From IMG/VR virus record IMGVR_UViG_3300025937_000005: a stretch of 64,000 nt of DNA; one strand, written 5' to 3'. The position numbers and the translations under genes were made by a program. This DNA is from an uncultured virus (IMG/VR IMGVR_UViG_3300025937_000005). Its lineage: Duplodnaviria; Heunggongvirae; Uroviricota; Caudoviricetes. Shown here piece by piece: positions 8,323 through 17,411 of the stretch; within the stretch, counting starts at the first letter, position 1, and every line of letters starts with the position of its first letter. The notes beneath the pieces were generated by a model that was not told where the DNA came from, ran no database searches, and saw only the letters and a list, made by a program, of their open reading frames with translations.

Positions 8323-8556
8323 ATGCCATTACCACAAATCATTGAAAACGAAAACACAGTAGATGTGGATATAAAAACCAACCTAAGAAACTGCAATCTC
8401 TGTATCCACCAGGGCATATGTTCAGCCTTCGCCAACTTCAAAATCCATGTGGAGCCGAGCCTACTGGACCAAAAAACAACATTAAAAGCAGAGAACCTAG
8501 CATGGATATGCAATCTATATGTCGAAAAAGAAACAAGACAAAAGCAAACCACCTAA
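8323..8556 (+). CDS. small Cys-containing protein
   Basis: CxxCxHxxxC...C motif. Confidence 0.65.
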   Translation: MPLPQIIENENTVDVDIKTNLRNCNLCIHQGICSAFANFKIHVEPSLLDQKTTLKAENLAWICNLYVEKETRQKQTT

Positions 8557-8728
8557 ACTCAAGGAAGACAAAAAAAGCAAAGACAAAAAATAATTTTTTA
8601 TATCTTATTTTTTTATTTAAAAAAAGAAAATTAATCTTTTATGATTATAAAGTTGCTTCGCTTCAGGAAACCGAATAGAAATATATCCATAAAACTAAAA
8701 TCCTTATCGTTGTTTTTGTGGCGGCCCA

Positions 8729-9007
8729 TTACTGGTTCACTCCATTAGCCAAAAAGTAAAACTCAACCGCAAAAACATGTTTGCAGGCCACCTGTCTTCT
8801 CTGAAAGTCAGGGCACTCGCATTTTCCACCCTGCACCTCATAGATTGTGTCAGCATGGTTTTCTGACTGAACAAAGAAACTTCCCTCAGTCATGCAGACA
8901 TTTCCGTTCTCAAACAGTCGTGCCCCTCTTGCTTCCCTTACTTGCTGTTGTGTCTCGAACTCCTCCCGTGTTAACTCCCTTTTCTTGCTTACTACAGATA
9001 AACTCAT
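8729..9007 (-). CDS. SWIM zinc-finger protein
   Basis: FVQSE..YEV..CECPDF..CKHVFAV (CxCxnCxH). Confidence 0.9.
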   Translation of the reverse strand: MSLSVVSKKRELTREEFETQQQVREARGARLFENGNVCMTEGSFFVQSENHADTIYEVQGGKCECPDFQRRQVACKHVFAVEFYFLANGVNQ

Positions 9008-9030
9008 ACCTATTCTACACCAAGGTATAA

Positions 9031-9070
9031 TATAAACTTAATTACCTAGGTAATAAGGTAACTAGGTTAT
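9031..9070. promoter_or_regulatory. (TANN)n array between divergent SWIM and MCO genes
   Basis: TATA AACT TAAT TACC TAGG TAAT AAGG TAAC TAGG TTAT. Confidence 0.65.
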
Positions 9071-9123
9071 TGATATATATGCAAATAATAGTTTATTATA
9101 TAAGAAAATTCTATTTGATTAGG

Positions 9124-10260
9124 ATGACAATAAAAAAAATGAATGTGAAATTACGCATTGTTTTTCTTGGGTTCATGTTGATTTCAGGTGCGATGGTGGT
9201 TATGCCGGGGATGGTGTATTCACAGCAAACCACATTGCAGCAGCAACTTCAGCAAAAGCAGCAGGAACTTTTGCTGTTGCAGCAGGAACTACAGAAACAG
9301 AAGCAGCAGCAGATTGAGGATCAAAACACAATAAGGGTCAACGGCACGGGAGACCCATGTGCCCAGACAGGCAACTATCTCACAACCTTCAACTGCGGCA
9401 AGGTGGACAACGGCACAAGGCACTTTACCCTTGTGGCGCAGGAGAATGTGGCCGTCAACATAACGGATGAGGGGCAGCAGTTTTTGGCCTGGGCCTACAA
9501 TGCCTCCATACCCGGCCCCACCTTGAGAATGGCGGAAGGGGACAATGTTGAAGTCACCGTAATAAACAACGGGACGAACCAACTGCCCCATTCTTTACAT
9601 ATGCACTCCATACACCAGGGGGAGATGGATGGTGTGACTGGCTTAGGCGGTGCGATACAGCCCGGCCAGAGTTTCACATACAAGTTTGTGGCGGAGCCGG
9701 CCGGCGTCTATCCCTACCACTGTCATGTCACACCCATCTCAGACCACATCAACAGGGGACTTTTTGGCGCCATGATAATTGACCCAAAGGAAGGCAGGGA
9801 GCCAATGCCTGAAATGGTCATGGTAATGAACGGCTATGACCTGGACTATGAGCAGGAAGGCATAACTGAGATTCCCAGCATCAACAAAAGCAACCCGTTC
9901 AAGTTCATCTCAAATGAGGGTGAAGAAAGGGGAAATGAAATCTACACCGTGAACGGTTACGCCTTCGGCTACATGAAACACCCAATCCATTTAGACCTGG
10001 ATGAAACATACAGGATATACCTGGTGAACGTGCTTGAGTTTGACCTGGTTAACTCGTTCCATGTCCACGGTATGATGTTCAAGTATACTCCCTCTGGAAC
10101 GGAAGGTTCAGCCCCCTTCGTGACAGACATCGTGACTTTGGGGCAGGGTGACAGGGGCATCCTGGAAATGACCGCAACACAGCCGGGCCATTTTATGTTC
10201 CATGCGCATCAGGACGAATTTACACAGTTGGGGTGGATGGCAATGTTTGCCGTTAAATGA
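9124..10260 (+). CDS. secreted two-domain multicopper oxidase (AOA MCO-type auxiliary gene)
   Basis: Signal peptide; PGPTLR; HSLHMH, YHCH..H..GL in domain 1; NSFHVH, FHAH in domain 2; start moved to ATG 9124 on TATA spacing. Confidence 0.92.
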   Translation: MTIKKMNVKLRIVFLGFMLISGAMVVMPGMVYSQQTTLQQQLQQKQQELLLLQQELQKQKQQQIEDQNTIRVNGTGDPCAQTGNYLTTFNCGKVDNGTRHFTLVAQENVAVNITDEGQQFLAWAYNASIPGPTLRMAEGDNVEVTVINNGTNQLPHSLHMHSIHQGEMDGVTGLGGAIQPGQSFTYKFVAEPAGVYPYHCHVTPISDHINRGLFGAMIIDPKEGREPMPEMVMVMNGYDLDYEQEGITEIPSINKSNPFKFISNEGEERGNEIYTVNGYAFGYMKHPIHLDLDETYRIYLVNVLEFDLVNSFHVHGMMFKYTPSGTEGSAPFVTDIVTLGQGDRGILEMTATQPGHFMFHAHQDEFTQLGWMAMFAVK

Positions 10261-10286
10261 CATAACAAAACAACAATATATTTTAT

Positions 10287-10484
10287 TTAATCATTCCAGA
10301 TTAACTCACCCTTGTTGATGTTAAAGTCAACAAAGTCTGAGGCCGAGCATTTTGAGCACAGGTCATGGCTCCCGGCCACCTCAACACAATTGGCGCATAC
10401 CTCAGATTTGCATGTAAAGCATTCGTAAACCCTTGTCTCAAATATCTCATTATCACAATCCGAGCATTTTATGTAGTTATTCAT
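10287..10484 (-). CDS. small zinc-finger protein (4x CxxC)
   Basis: CSDC, CFTC, CANC, CSKC; start at 10484 fits TATA spacing. Confidence 0.75.
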   Translation of the reverse strand: MNNYIKCSDCDNEIFETRVYECFTCKSEVCANCVEVAGSHDLCSKCSASDFVDFNINKGELIWND

Positions 10485-10509
10485 ATAACTGATAATACAC
10501 CATTCCATA

Positions 10510-10557
10510 TTTATACTTAATTACCTAATTACCTAGTTAACAAAGTAAATAAGTATA
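10510..10557. promoter_or_regulatory. divergent promoter pair with (TANN)n array
   Basis: TTTA TACT TAAT TACC TAAT TACC TAGT TAAC AAAG TAAA TAAG TATA. Confidence 0.7.
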
Positions 10558-10582
10558 AATAATTGCATGTTTAAGTTAGGAT

Positions 10583-10732
10583 GTGATAGATGAGTATACT
10601 ATTACCGTGACAAGGTTTGAGTATTGCCGGGATAAGGTTTTGGTTGAGGCCACCACAAACAAGGGCACAATTATAAGGCTAAAAATAAAGGTGGCTGACT
10701 TGAACTGGATCATGGGCAAGTTTGATGATTAG
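10583..10732 (+). CDS. small hypothetical protein (49 aa, not in ORF track)
   Basis: GTG start about 25 nt after TATAAATA; MIDEYTITVTRFEYCRDKVLVEATTNKGTIIRLKIKVADLNWIMGKFDD*. Confidence 0.5.
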   Translation: MIDEYTITVTRFEYCRDKVLVEATTNKGTIIRLKIKVADLNWIMGKFDD

Positions 10733-11068
10733 TCAGGTCTTGATGGGTATTCCGTGGGTTAACCTGTAATCCAGAACTGATTTCCAAATGTCCTGATTTA
10801 AAAGCGTCCACCCCCTACTCATGGCCAACTCTATCCTTCTTTTTATTTCACTGCTGTCCCTTTCATAGTTTCTTCTGCATCCCTTTCCATAGCGGGAGCG
10901 GCCATGTCTCAATAGGGTGTTGCAGCATGGACACCTTTTCAATATGTGTTTTGGGTACCACACGTCACATGTATTGCATTGGTCAGCAAGTGTATAGTAT
11001 GGAACCCCCCGGATAAAGTTAACCATGCCATTCCATCCCTTACAATCCTCTTGACATACAGTTCCCAT
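10733..11068 (-). CDS. zinc-finger protein (CxxC..CPCC..LR)
   Basis: Shares the CPCC motif with the C-terminus of 2656..3384. Confidence 0.7.
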   Translation of the reverse strand: MGTVCQEDCKGWNGMVNFIRGVPYYTLADQCNTCDVWYPKHILKRCPCCNTLLRHGRSRYGKGCRRNYERDSSEIKRRIELAMSRGWTLLNQDIWKSVLDYRLTHGIPIKT

Positions 11069-11132
11069 TCTACAGCAATTACCATTTAAATAAATATATA
11101 ACAGTTTGGCGTTGCCTTCTTTACGACTTAAA

Positions 11133-11864
11133 ATGAGTTTGGAAATTAACATAGAGGAGTTGCGAAAGACAAAAAACTATGAGGAGATTGCAGAGATAGC
11201 GGAAAAACTGATGGATGAGGTTGAAAGGTTCCAGGGACATACCAAGGCTGAGTTGATAAGGCTGATGGCTGACAAACTGGAGGAGGCTGGCTACCCAATT
11301 CTGGAGATAAGGGAAAAGATACAGGAAAGGCTGGGACTGCGTGTGACCCGACAGTATCTGTTGATGTGCCTGGATGACCGATTCAAGAATCCAAAGCGTG
11401 TTGCGGCCGGTAAGGCGATAAGGGAAGCAGAAAAACAAACCAATACGGGGGCATCCGGTTCATCAACTGTCATGGAAGAACCGGGATTTGAGAGTGATAA
11501 TGATGATAATGATGATAACAAAACCGAGGCCGACATACCCGATTCAGAATATCTTGAAAAGAAAAACTGGGAATCACCCGACACGGAATCTGTGAAATAT
11601 TCAGATGAATATATTGAAAAACTGGAACAACTGCAACAGCAGGTTAAGGCATTAAAGGGTGAACTAAACTACAACGATATGCTGTCCACTGTTAGAATCC
11701 TGAAACTGAATAAGGCTACTTTAAACCGACTGGACAACGCATCAGCCGCCTCAAAGGTATACACCTATCTTTTGGTGGACATCCGAACAAACGAGGCTAG
11801 GGAAATATATTCAGACGTAGAGTGGAAAAAGAAACTCAAACAACAGCAAAATACGGAATCATAA
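11133..11864 (+). CDS. putative HTH DNA-binding protein with acidic linker and coiled coil
   Basis: EIREKIQERLGLRVTRQYLLMCL is HTH-like. Confidence 0.6.
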   Translation: MSLEINIEELRKTKNYEEIAEIAEKLMDEVERFQGHTKAELIRLMADKLEEAGYPILEIREKIQERLGLRVTRQYLLMCLDDRFKNPKRVAAGKAIREAEKQTNTGASGSSTVMEEPGFESDNDDNDDNKTEADIPDSEYLEKKNWESPDTESVKYSDEYIEKLEQLQQQVKALKGELNYNDMLSTVRILKLNKATLNRLDNASAASKVYTYLLVDIRTNEAREIYSDVEWKKKLKQQQNTES

Positions 11865-12057
11865 ACGGGACCGCAACCCAATCCCACAATCCCCATATAT
11901 TTTTTAACATAAAATTGGTGTTTTTTATGATGTTTTCACAATACTTGACAAAGTTATACAGGTTTTCTTCATAAAATTGCAGACATCCGTTGCAGACTAT
12001 CATTCGGTCAACTGTAGTTTCCTGCAATAGTTGGGAAGTCATGTTGTTAGAAACCAT
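11836..12057 (-). CDS. hypothetical protein
   Basis: 73-aa ORF divergent from 12105 across 47 bp. Confidence 0.35.
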   Translation of the reverse strand: MVSNNMTSQLLQETTVDRMIVCNGCLQFYEENLYNFVKYCENIIKNTNFMLKNIWGLWDWVAVPFMIPYFAVV

Positions 12058-12104
12058 TTCTAGTATCTTATTAAGCCACCATAATTAAACATATATCATA
12101 TCAC

Positions 12105-12617
12105 ATGTCCTATCGAAACAACAACAACAATTTTGAATTCGACCCGGTTTCCAGTGAGTCTAGGCCCTGGTATTCCTCCACGTCATCCCCGGCCCGATAC
12201 GATGAGGGGTTATACGACTACTGTTTGTATTGTATCCAAAACTTCAGGAAAATGTATAGTATGGTAAACAACGTCTGCTCATCCTGCGGCCGGGTTGCCG
12301 ACCCTGTTTTCAAGAACAAGCAGGAAAACATAGCGGTGACATCTGTCAATGCCCCGTTGGACATGAGCGAATTGAAGGGTGTCTCAATGGAATTTGACTA
12401 TTCACCGTTAAACACAGACCCAACAACCGGCTTGTTTACAGACAACCAGTCAAGAATGACCGCAAAATCAGCGGGTGAGGCAATGAAAAAGATAAGGACA
12501 GTTGAGGAGCAAAACACCATAGTGGCAAGGGCAGCCCAAATGAGGGGCGAGAAGTTTATCCAGAAGACTACAGCAACAAAGGATGACAACAAATTGTTAT
12601 TCGATAATAATATATAG
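12105..12617 (+). CDS. hypothetical Zn-ribbon protein
   Basis: CLYC...CSSCG. Confidence 0.7.
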   Translation: MSYRNNNNNFEFDPVSSESRPWYSSTSSPARYDEGLYDYCLYCIQNFRKMYSMVNNVCSSCGRVADPVFKNKQENIAVTSVNAPLDMSELKGVSMEFDYSPLNTDPTTGLFTDNQSRMTAKSAGEAMKKIRTVEEQNTIVARAAQMRGEKFIQKTTATKDDNKLLFDNNI

Positions 12618-12791
12618 TTCCACTTGTAATATATTATGGGTTTACGAGTCCAATTGAGTAATCCCCTTCATGGGCCTATTATGTAATTCTGTCTCACTTC
12701 AAAGACAAACGAATAGAACATTTTTCTATACCTACGAACTATTGTCAACATAATTTTATTTATACTTCCCACGCCGAATTAATTATTATAT

Positions 12792-14477
12792 ATGTATAAC
12801 GACAACAGGGATGAGACATTTGCCGTCCATAATCCACATTTTGAGATAATCCAGGACATCGGAAAAAAGGAAAGTAATGAGGCATACCTAAAACAGGGTT
12901 CAACATCAACATCCGGCCTGCCAAACTACATCTCCAACATCAACAACCTGAAAATGAAGCCTGAATACATCATTTTGACACCAATTTACTCTGATGACTA
13001 CCTTGAAAGGCTTGCAAATGCTGCCCTGTTTGATGATGTAATCAACTCCGCACTGGAAAGGCTGTCCTATTTTACGCTGGGAACGTCTGATGAAATCCGG
13101 GCCGTCCTTTATCCAGAGTCACTAAAGCCAATAAAGTCGGAGTTGGAGGCAAAAAACGCATTAAAGGTGTTAAATGTCATAAAATCCGGGATAGACATAG
13201 CCGGTTCAGTGGTAAACAACCACCTGTCGGACCAGGAAATCGATGAATTCGAGACTTTTATCCACTACACAGACAAAATAACAAAACTTGGCAAATATTT
13301 AAAGAAAAACTACAGGGGAGCCCACGTTTTTTCACGTTCAGCGTCATATATTGAGTATACCGACAAGGAAATCCCAAGTTTACGATTACCGGCTGGCACT
13401 CCCATCGGTTTGAAGCCCCTGAAACCAATGCTTTTGGGAAATGTTGCGATTGACCCCGACTCATGGGACATTCAGGCGGTGGAATACAAAGACCCGAAGG
13501 TTTCTTTCAAGGAATATGTTGATGTTGGCATAAAATCACAGAAAAAGCAACAGGTTAACGACAATTTGGAGCCATCAAAGTATCTGGGGGCTGAAAACCT
13601 GCTTTATTTCGTGAGAAACAACAACAACATGATGAAGGAGAAGGATGACTTCTTTTTTGGCCACTCAACACTACAATCCATCCTTCCCCTCTCGGAGGAA
13701 TCAAGAAGGCTGAAGCAGGTGGTTTTCCCTCAACTAAACCAGGCGCATTGGGCCGGTTCCATGCTTTGGTTTTTCCCACACTGGTCAAAACAGATGATGG
13801 ACAACCTTTTCAAGTCGGTAAAGCCCGGCGGACACACGGGAATCCCGGAAAAGGACATCACAGTGCAGCAGATACAGTTCCAGCATGATTATGCCGGGCT
13901 AATCAACCTTCAAAACGAAATGAAGAAGGGGATTCTGACCGCTTTTGGCCTGCCGTCCTTTTTGATGAACTTTGAGGAGGTTACAAACAGGGCCACCGCT
14001 GAAACTGTTGTGATAGGCTTCAATGAGTCAACAATCCAGTCAGAACGTTCATGGCTTACCGACATCTTGGATGAGCAGTGGTATTCCCGACTTTTCAAGA
14101 TATTCTATCCAAATGATGAGTTTATCCACATAAAGATGAAGATGATGGTGGAGTTTGAGAACATAACATTCGAATCCTTCCTCCAAAAGTCAATTGCCGC
14201 CGTTTCCCTATATGAAAAGAGGATGATGACGATAACAGAGGTCCGCAACATGCTGAAACTGCCGCCGTTGCAGGATTCCGATTACGCTGAGTTGGGAATC
14301 ACCAAACCGGGGCAGTTGGTAGACCCTGCAACCCAGGGTATTCCACAGGCCCCCAACCTGGTAGGCCAGTTGATGGCAGAGAAGCAGAAACAGCAGCAGC
14401 AGCAACAAGGCTCAGTTTTGGACAAGACAGACCCACTATCCAAGGCAAGAACCGAACTTCTCAATGAACTGGAATAA
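12792..14477 (+). CDS. portal protein
   Basis: 561 aa; FFGHSTL, ILTAFGLPSFLM..TNRATAE, MMTITEVRNMLKLPPL are typical HK97-like portal motifs. Confidence 0.85.
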   Translation: MYNDNRDETFAVHNPHFEIIQDIGKKESNEAYLKQGSTSTSGLPNYISNINNLKMKPEYIILTPIYSDDYLERLANAALFDDVINSALERLSYFTLGTSDEIRAVLYPESLKPIKSELEAKNALKVLNVIKSGIDIAGSVVNNHLSDQEIDEFETFIHYTDKITKLGKYLKKNYRGAHVFSRSASYIEYTDKEIPSLRLPAGTPIGLKPLKPMLLGNVAIDPDSWDIQAVEYKDPKVSFKEYVDVGIKSQKKQQVNDNLEPSKYLGAENLLYFVRNNNNMMKEKDDFFFGHSTLQSILPLSEESRRLKQVVFPQLNQAHWAGSMLWFFPHWSKQMMDNLFKSVKPGGHTGIPEKDITVQQIQFQHDYAGLINLQNEMKKGILTAFGLPSFLMNFEEVTNRATAETVVIGFNESTIQSERSWLTDILDEQWYSRLFKIFYPNDEFIHIKMKMMVEFENITFESFLQKSIAAVSLYEKRMMTITEVRNMLKLPPLQDSDYAELGITKPGQLVDPATQGIPQAPNLVGQLMAEKQKQQQQQQGSVLDKTDPLSKARTELLNELE

Positions 14478-14510
14478 GAAACATCTACTAGAACAATCGA
14501 ATAGAAAAGA

Positions 14511-14542
14511 TTAGTCAAATCATTTGACTAAGCAGTATATTT
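14511..14542. repeat. 32-bp palindrome-containing element, copy 1
   Basis: TTAGTCAAAT-C-ATTTGACTAA-GCAGTATATTT; 28/32 identical to 33252-33283. Confidence 0.75.
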
Positions 14543-14638
14543 CCATTTGTTTGCATTACCCATATGAATCAAGATTTCAAACATACTTCTAATACTTCTA
14601 ACTAGCAAATTTTACCCCCTTTTCCTTGTAATTAAAAA

Positions 14639-17368
14639 TTGGTATTCCCGCGAATTCAAAATCCCAAAACAACAACGGCTGACACATATGCCGGTGATGC
14701 CCTGAACAAGATACAGGAATGGCTTGCAGGCATAAACATAGCGGCCACTGATTCCACAAACAAGCCAGGAATAAACACTGACACCAGGTTCCATTCAGGA
14801 AGGCTTAAACTGTTTGACCTGGACTTTTCCAACGAACTTAGTTTTGTCACCCCCGCACTTTCCACAAACGCAAACATATCATTTCCCGTTTTGCTGTCAG
14901 CGGTGGCTGACAACGAGATTTTGTTTGCCAGTGTTCCCCAGGCAATCGAGAACAAGACAATCAACGCAGCCGCCAACACCATAACCAACATAACCAACAC
15001 AAGCCTGTCAGCGGGAGCGGCCATAGGCTGGTCCAAGATATCCAAGAACGGCTCATCATTGGCTGACCTTGGTGACATGAACCTAACCGGATTGGCAAAC
15101 AACATGTCAATAAGATGGGACACGACAACAGGCAAATGGGTTGTCTATTCCGTCGGAACCGCCATAGGCGAATCAAACACCGCCTCCAATGTCGGTACAG
15201 AGGGTGTGGGCATCTACAAGACAAAGACACTTGTTGACTTGCAGTTCAAGAAAATCAACGGTGGCTCACCCTCCGTAACGGTGACGGATGACACGGTAAA
15301 CAGTGAGGTTGACATAGACGTTGTTGATGCCACAACCTCTGTAAAGGGTAAGGTTTTGTTGGCCTCATCAGGTGGCACAACCTCCGGCACTGTTGTCCAG
15401 GTAACGGACGCAAGGCTGACAGATGCCAGGGCACCAACCGCACACGCAACATCACATAAGGCGGCCGGCTCAGACCCCATAAAAATAAACGAACTGGCTG
15501 CCCCCACCACCAACATCACCACCACAAACACAACCATATCCGCGAACGGAACGGCACCACAACTGCCCAATGACGCATCACTCTTTCTTAACGGTGTTGG
15601 TAACTGGACCGCACCGGTAGGTACAGCATCAGGCGCATCCGGCAACGGCTCCATAATAAGGGGGGTAGCAACAAAGACGGGCAACGGCTCTACCAAGGTT
15701 TTCACCATAGCGCATGGAATGTCAACAACACCCACCGCCTATTTTGTTGACCCCACATCAGTCGACGCACTCGGTTCATTTACCCGCTCAGTTGACGCAA
15801 CCAACATAACAATAACATATTCAGTTGCCCCACCCTCCGGAACATCCAACCTGACATACACATGGGTTGTTATGGATTCCGGCACAGGCTCCACATTGGG
15901 AGAGGCAAACACATACTCATCCGTTGGTTCCGGTGTCTCAATACTCAAAACCAAGACGGGTGTTGACCTTCCTTTTAAGTCGCTGTTTGCCGGCTCATCC
16001 AAAATAACAATAACTGGAAACACCAACGATGTTTCGTTTGATGTGGCCCAGGCCAACCTTGCAATAGGCTGGTCACAGTTAACCTCTGTCCCTACCACCA
16101 TTGTCAAGACAGACCAGGTTAACACGTTTGGAAACTTTGTCCAAACCCACTTGAGTTCCACAATGAAGGTTATGAATCCTGGAAACACATTTGGGTATCT
16201 GTTGGCCGGCTCGGCAATCACGGCGGACAGGACAATTACCTGGCCCCTGTTGACAGCCAATGACACTGTTGCGGTGCTGGCACTGGCACAGACTTTGACA
16301 AACAAGACACTGACAGCCCCAATAATAGACCTGATAAAATCAGGTAGTTTCAACTTCACAGTTCCTTCCCTGACTGCAAATGACCAGATGGTGGGAAGAA
16401 ACACATCTGATACTTTGACAAACAAGACACTGACGGCCCCCACAATCTCAACAATAGCAAACGGCTCCGGTGTGGTCATAACACTGCCAACAACATCAAC
16501 AACCGTCATGGGAACCAGTGACACCGCAACACTGACCAACAAGACAATCAACGCAACCAACAACACACTGACAGACACTGGGGCTGTTCTTGGTGGCCTT
16601 CTAATCCACAACGGAACCAAATATGCCAATGTTCCACAGGGACCACAGGGAACCTTCCTTGGTGTGTGTGGGGCCGGCACATTGGGATATTTCGTACCTG
16701 ACACCGGTTCAGGTGGTTTATTGCCTGACGGAAACCCAATCCCCAGCACTGGAAGATGGGGTGCCCTCTGGGGTGGAACAAAAACCGGCAGGGGAATATA
16801 TGACATAACAGCAACAGTTTCCGGCACAACAACTTATGGTGTCCCGTCCCCAACTGAGTCATCAACTATTATAGCGACGGCGGCTACAGATGACTCAATT
16901 GCTGAATTCAAGACATCCGAGATTTTCAGCAGGCAATCCAACCTTGTTTTTAAAGCCAAGTGGTCACTGTTGTCCTCAACAAACGCCACAGTAATGATAG
17001 GTTGCAGTGGACTGTCCACACTTCCAACCGGCGGCGGCCATGACAGTCCCCTCAACAACGCAAGCGGTGTGATGGTCACATGCAGTCTTGACACTGAATC
17101 AGTATACCAGATATCCAGAAACGATGCCGGAGCAACACAGGCAAAGGTTGCAACATCCATTTCCGCAAACAACACATCATCCCACACAGTTGAGATAAAC
17201 GTAAACACAACAGACGTGACAGTGATTCTTGACAATGTGACCTATGGACCATACACAGTCGACATCCCATCACTGACGGTAAAAATGTCCTTTTTCATGC
17301 ATATAGAGGCAATAGGGTCAACAGCCAAAAGCCTGCAAATATTCAGGATGCAAACAACATGCTTATAG
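14639..17368 (+). CDS. virion fibre-like structural protein (909 aa)
   Basis: T/S/G-rich; GExNT.S.VG..IxKxK..DL.FK repeats, TLTNKT repeats, GNGST..F.IAHG domain, beta-rich C-terminal domain. Confidence 0.75.
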   Translation: MVFPRIQNPKTTTADTYAGDALNKIQEWLAGINIAATDSTNKPGINTDTRFHSGRLKLFDLDFSNELSFVTPALSTNANISFPVLLSAVADNEILFASVPQAIENKTINAAANTITNITNTSLSAGAAIGWSKISKNGSSLADLGDMNLTGLANNMSIRWDTTTGKWVVYSVGTAIGESNTASNVGTEGVGIYKTKTLVDLQFKKINGGSPSVTVTDDTVNSEVDIDVVDATTSVKGKVLLASSGGTTSGTVVQVTDARLTDARAPTAHATSHKAAGSDPIKINELAAPTTNITTTNTTISANGTAPQLPNDASLFLNGVGNWTAPVGTASGASGNGSIIRGVATKTGNGSTKVFTIAHGMSTTPTAYFVDPTSVDALGSFTRSVDATNITITYSVAPPSGTSNLTYTWVVMDSGTGSTLGEANTYSSVGSGVSILKTKTGVDLPFKSLFAGSSKITITGNTNDVSFDVAQANLAIGWSQLTSVPTTIVKTDQVNTFGNFVQTHLSSTMKVMNPGNTFGYLLAGSAITADRTITWPLLTANDTVAVLALAQTLTNKTLTAPIIDLIKSGSFNFTVPSLTANDQMVGRNTSDTLTNKTLTAPTISTIANGSGVVITLPTTSTTVMGTSDTATLTNKTINATNNTLTDTGAVLGGLLIHNGTKYANVPQGPQGTFLGVCGAGTLGYFVPDTGSGGLLPDGNPIPSTGRWGALWGGTKTGRGIYDITATVSGTTTYGVPSPTESSTIIATAATDDSIAEFKTSEIFSRQSNLVFKAKWSLLSSTNATVMIGCSGLSTLPTGGGHDSPLNNASGVMVTCSLDTESVYQISRNDAGATQAKVATSISANNTSSHTVEINVNTTDVTVILDNVTYGPYTVDIPSLTVKMSFFMHIEAIGSTAKSLQIFRMQTTCL

Positions 17369-17411
17369 TTATATTTTATTCCAAACGGGAAAGGGGTGTC
17401 ATAGATAAAAA

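Noticed and set aside
9124..10260. nirK annotation
   Set aside because: Four HxH pairs and no catalytic Asp motif fit a two-domain MCO, so no gene symbol was given
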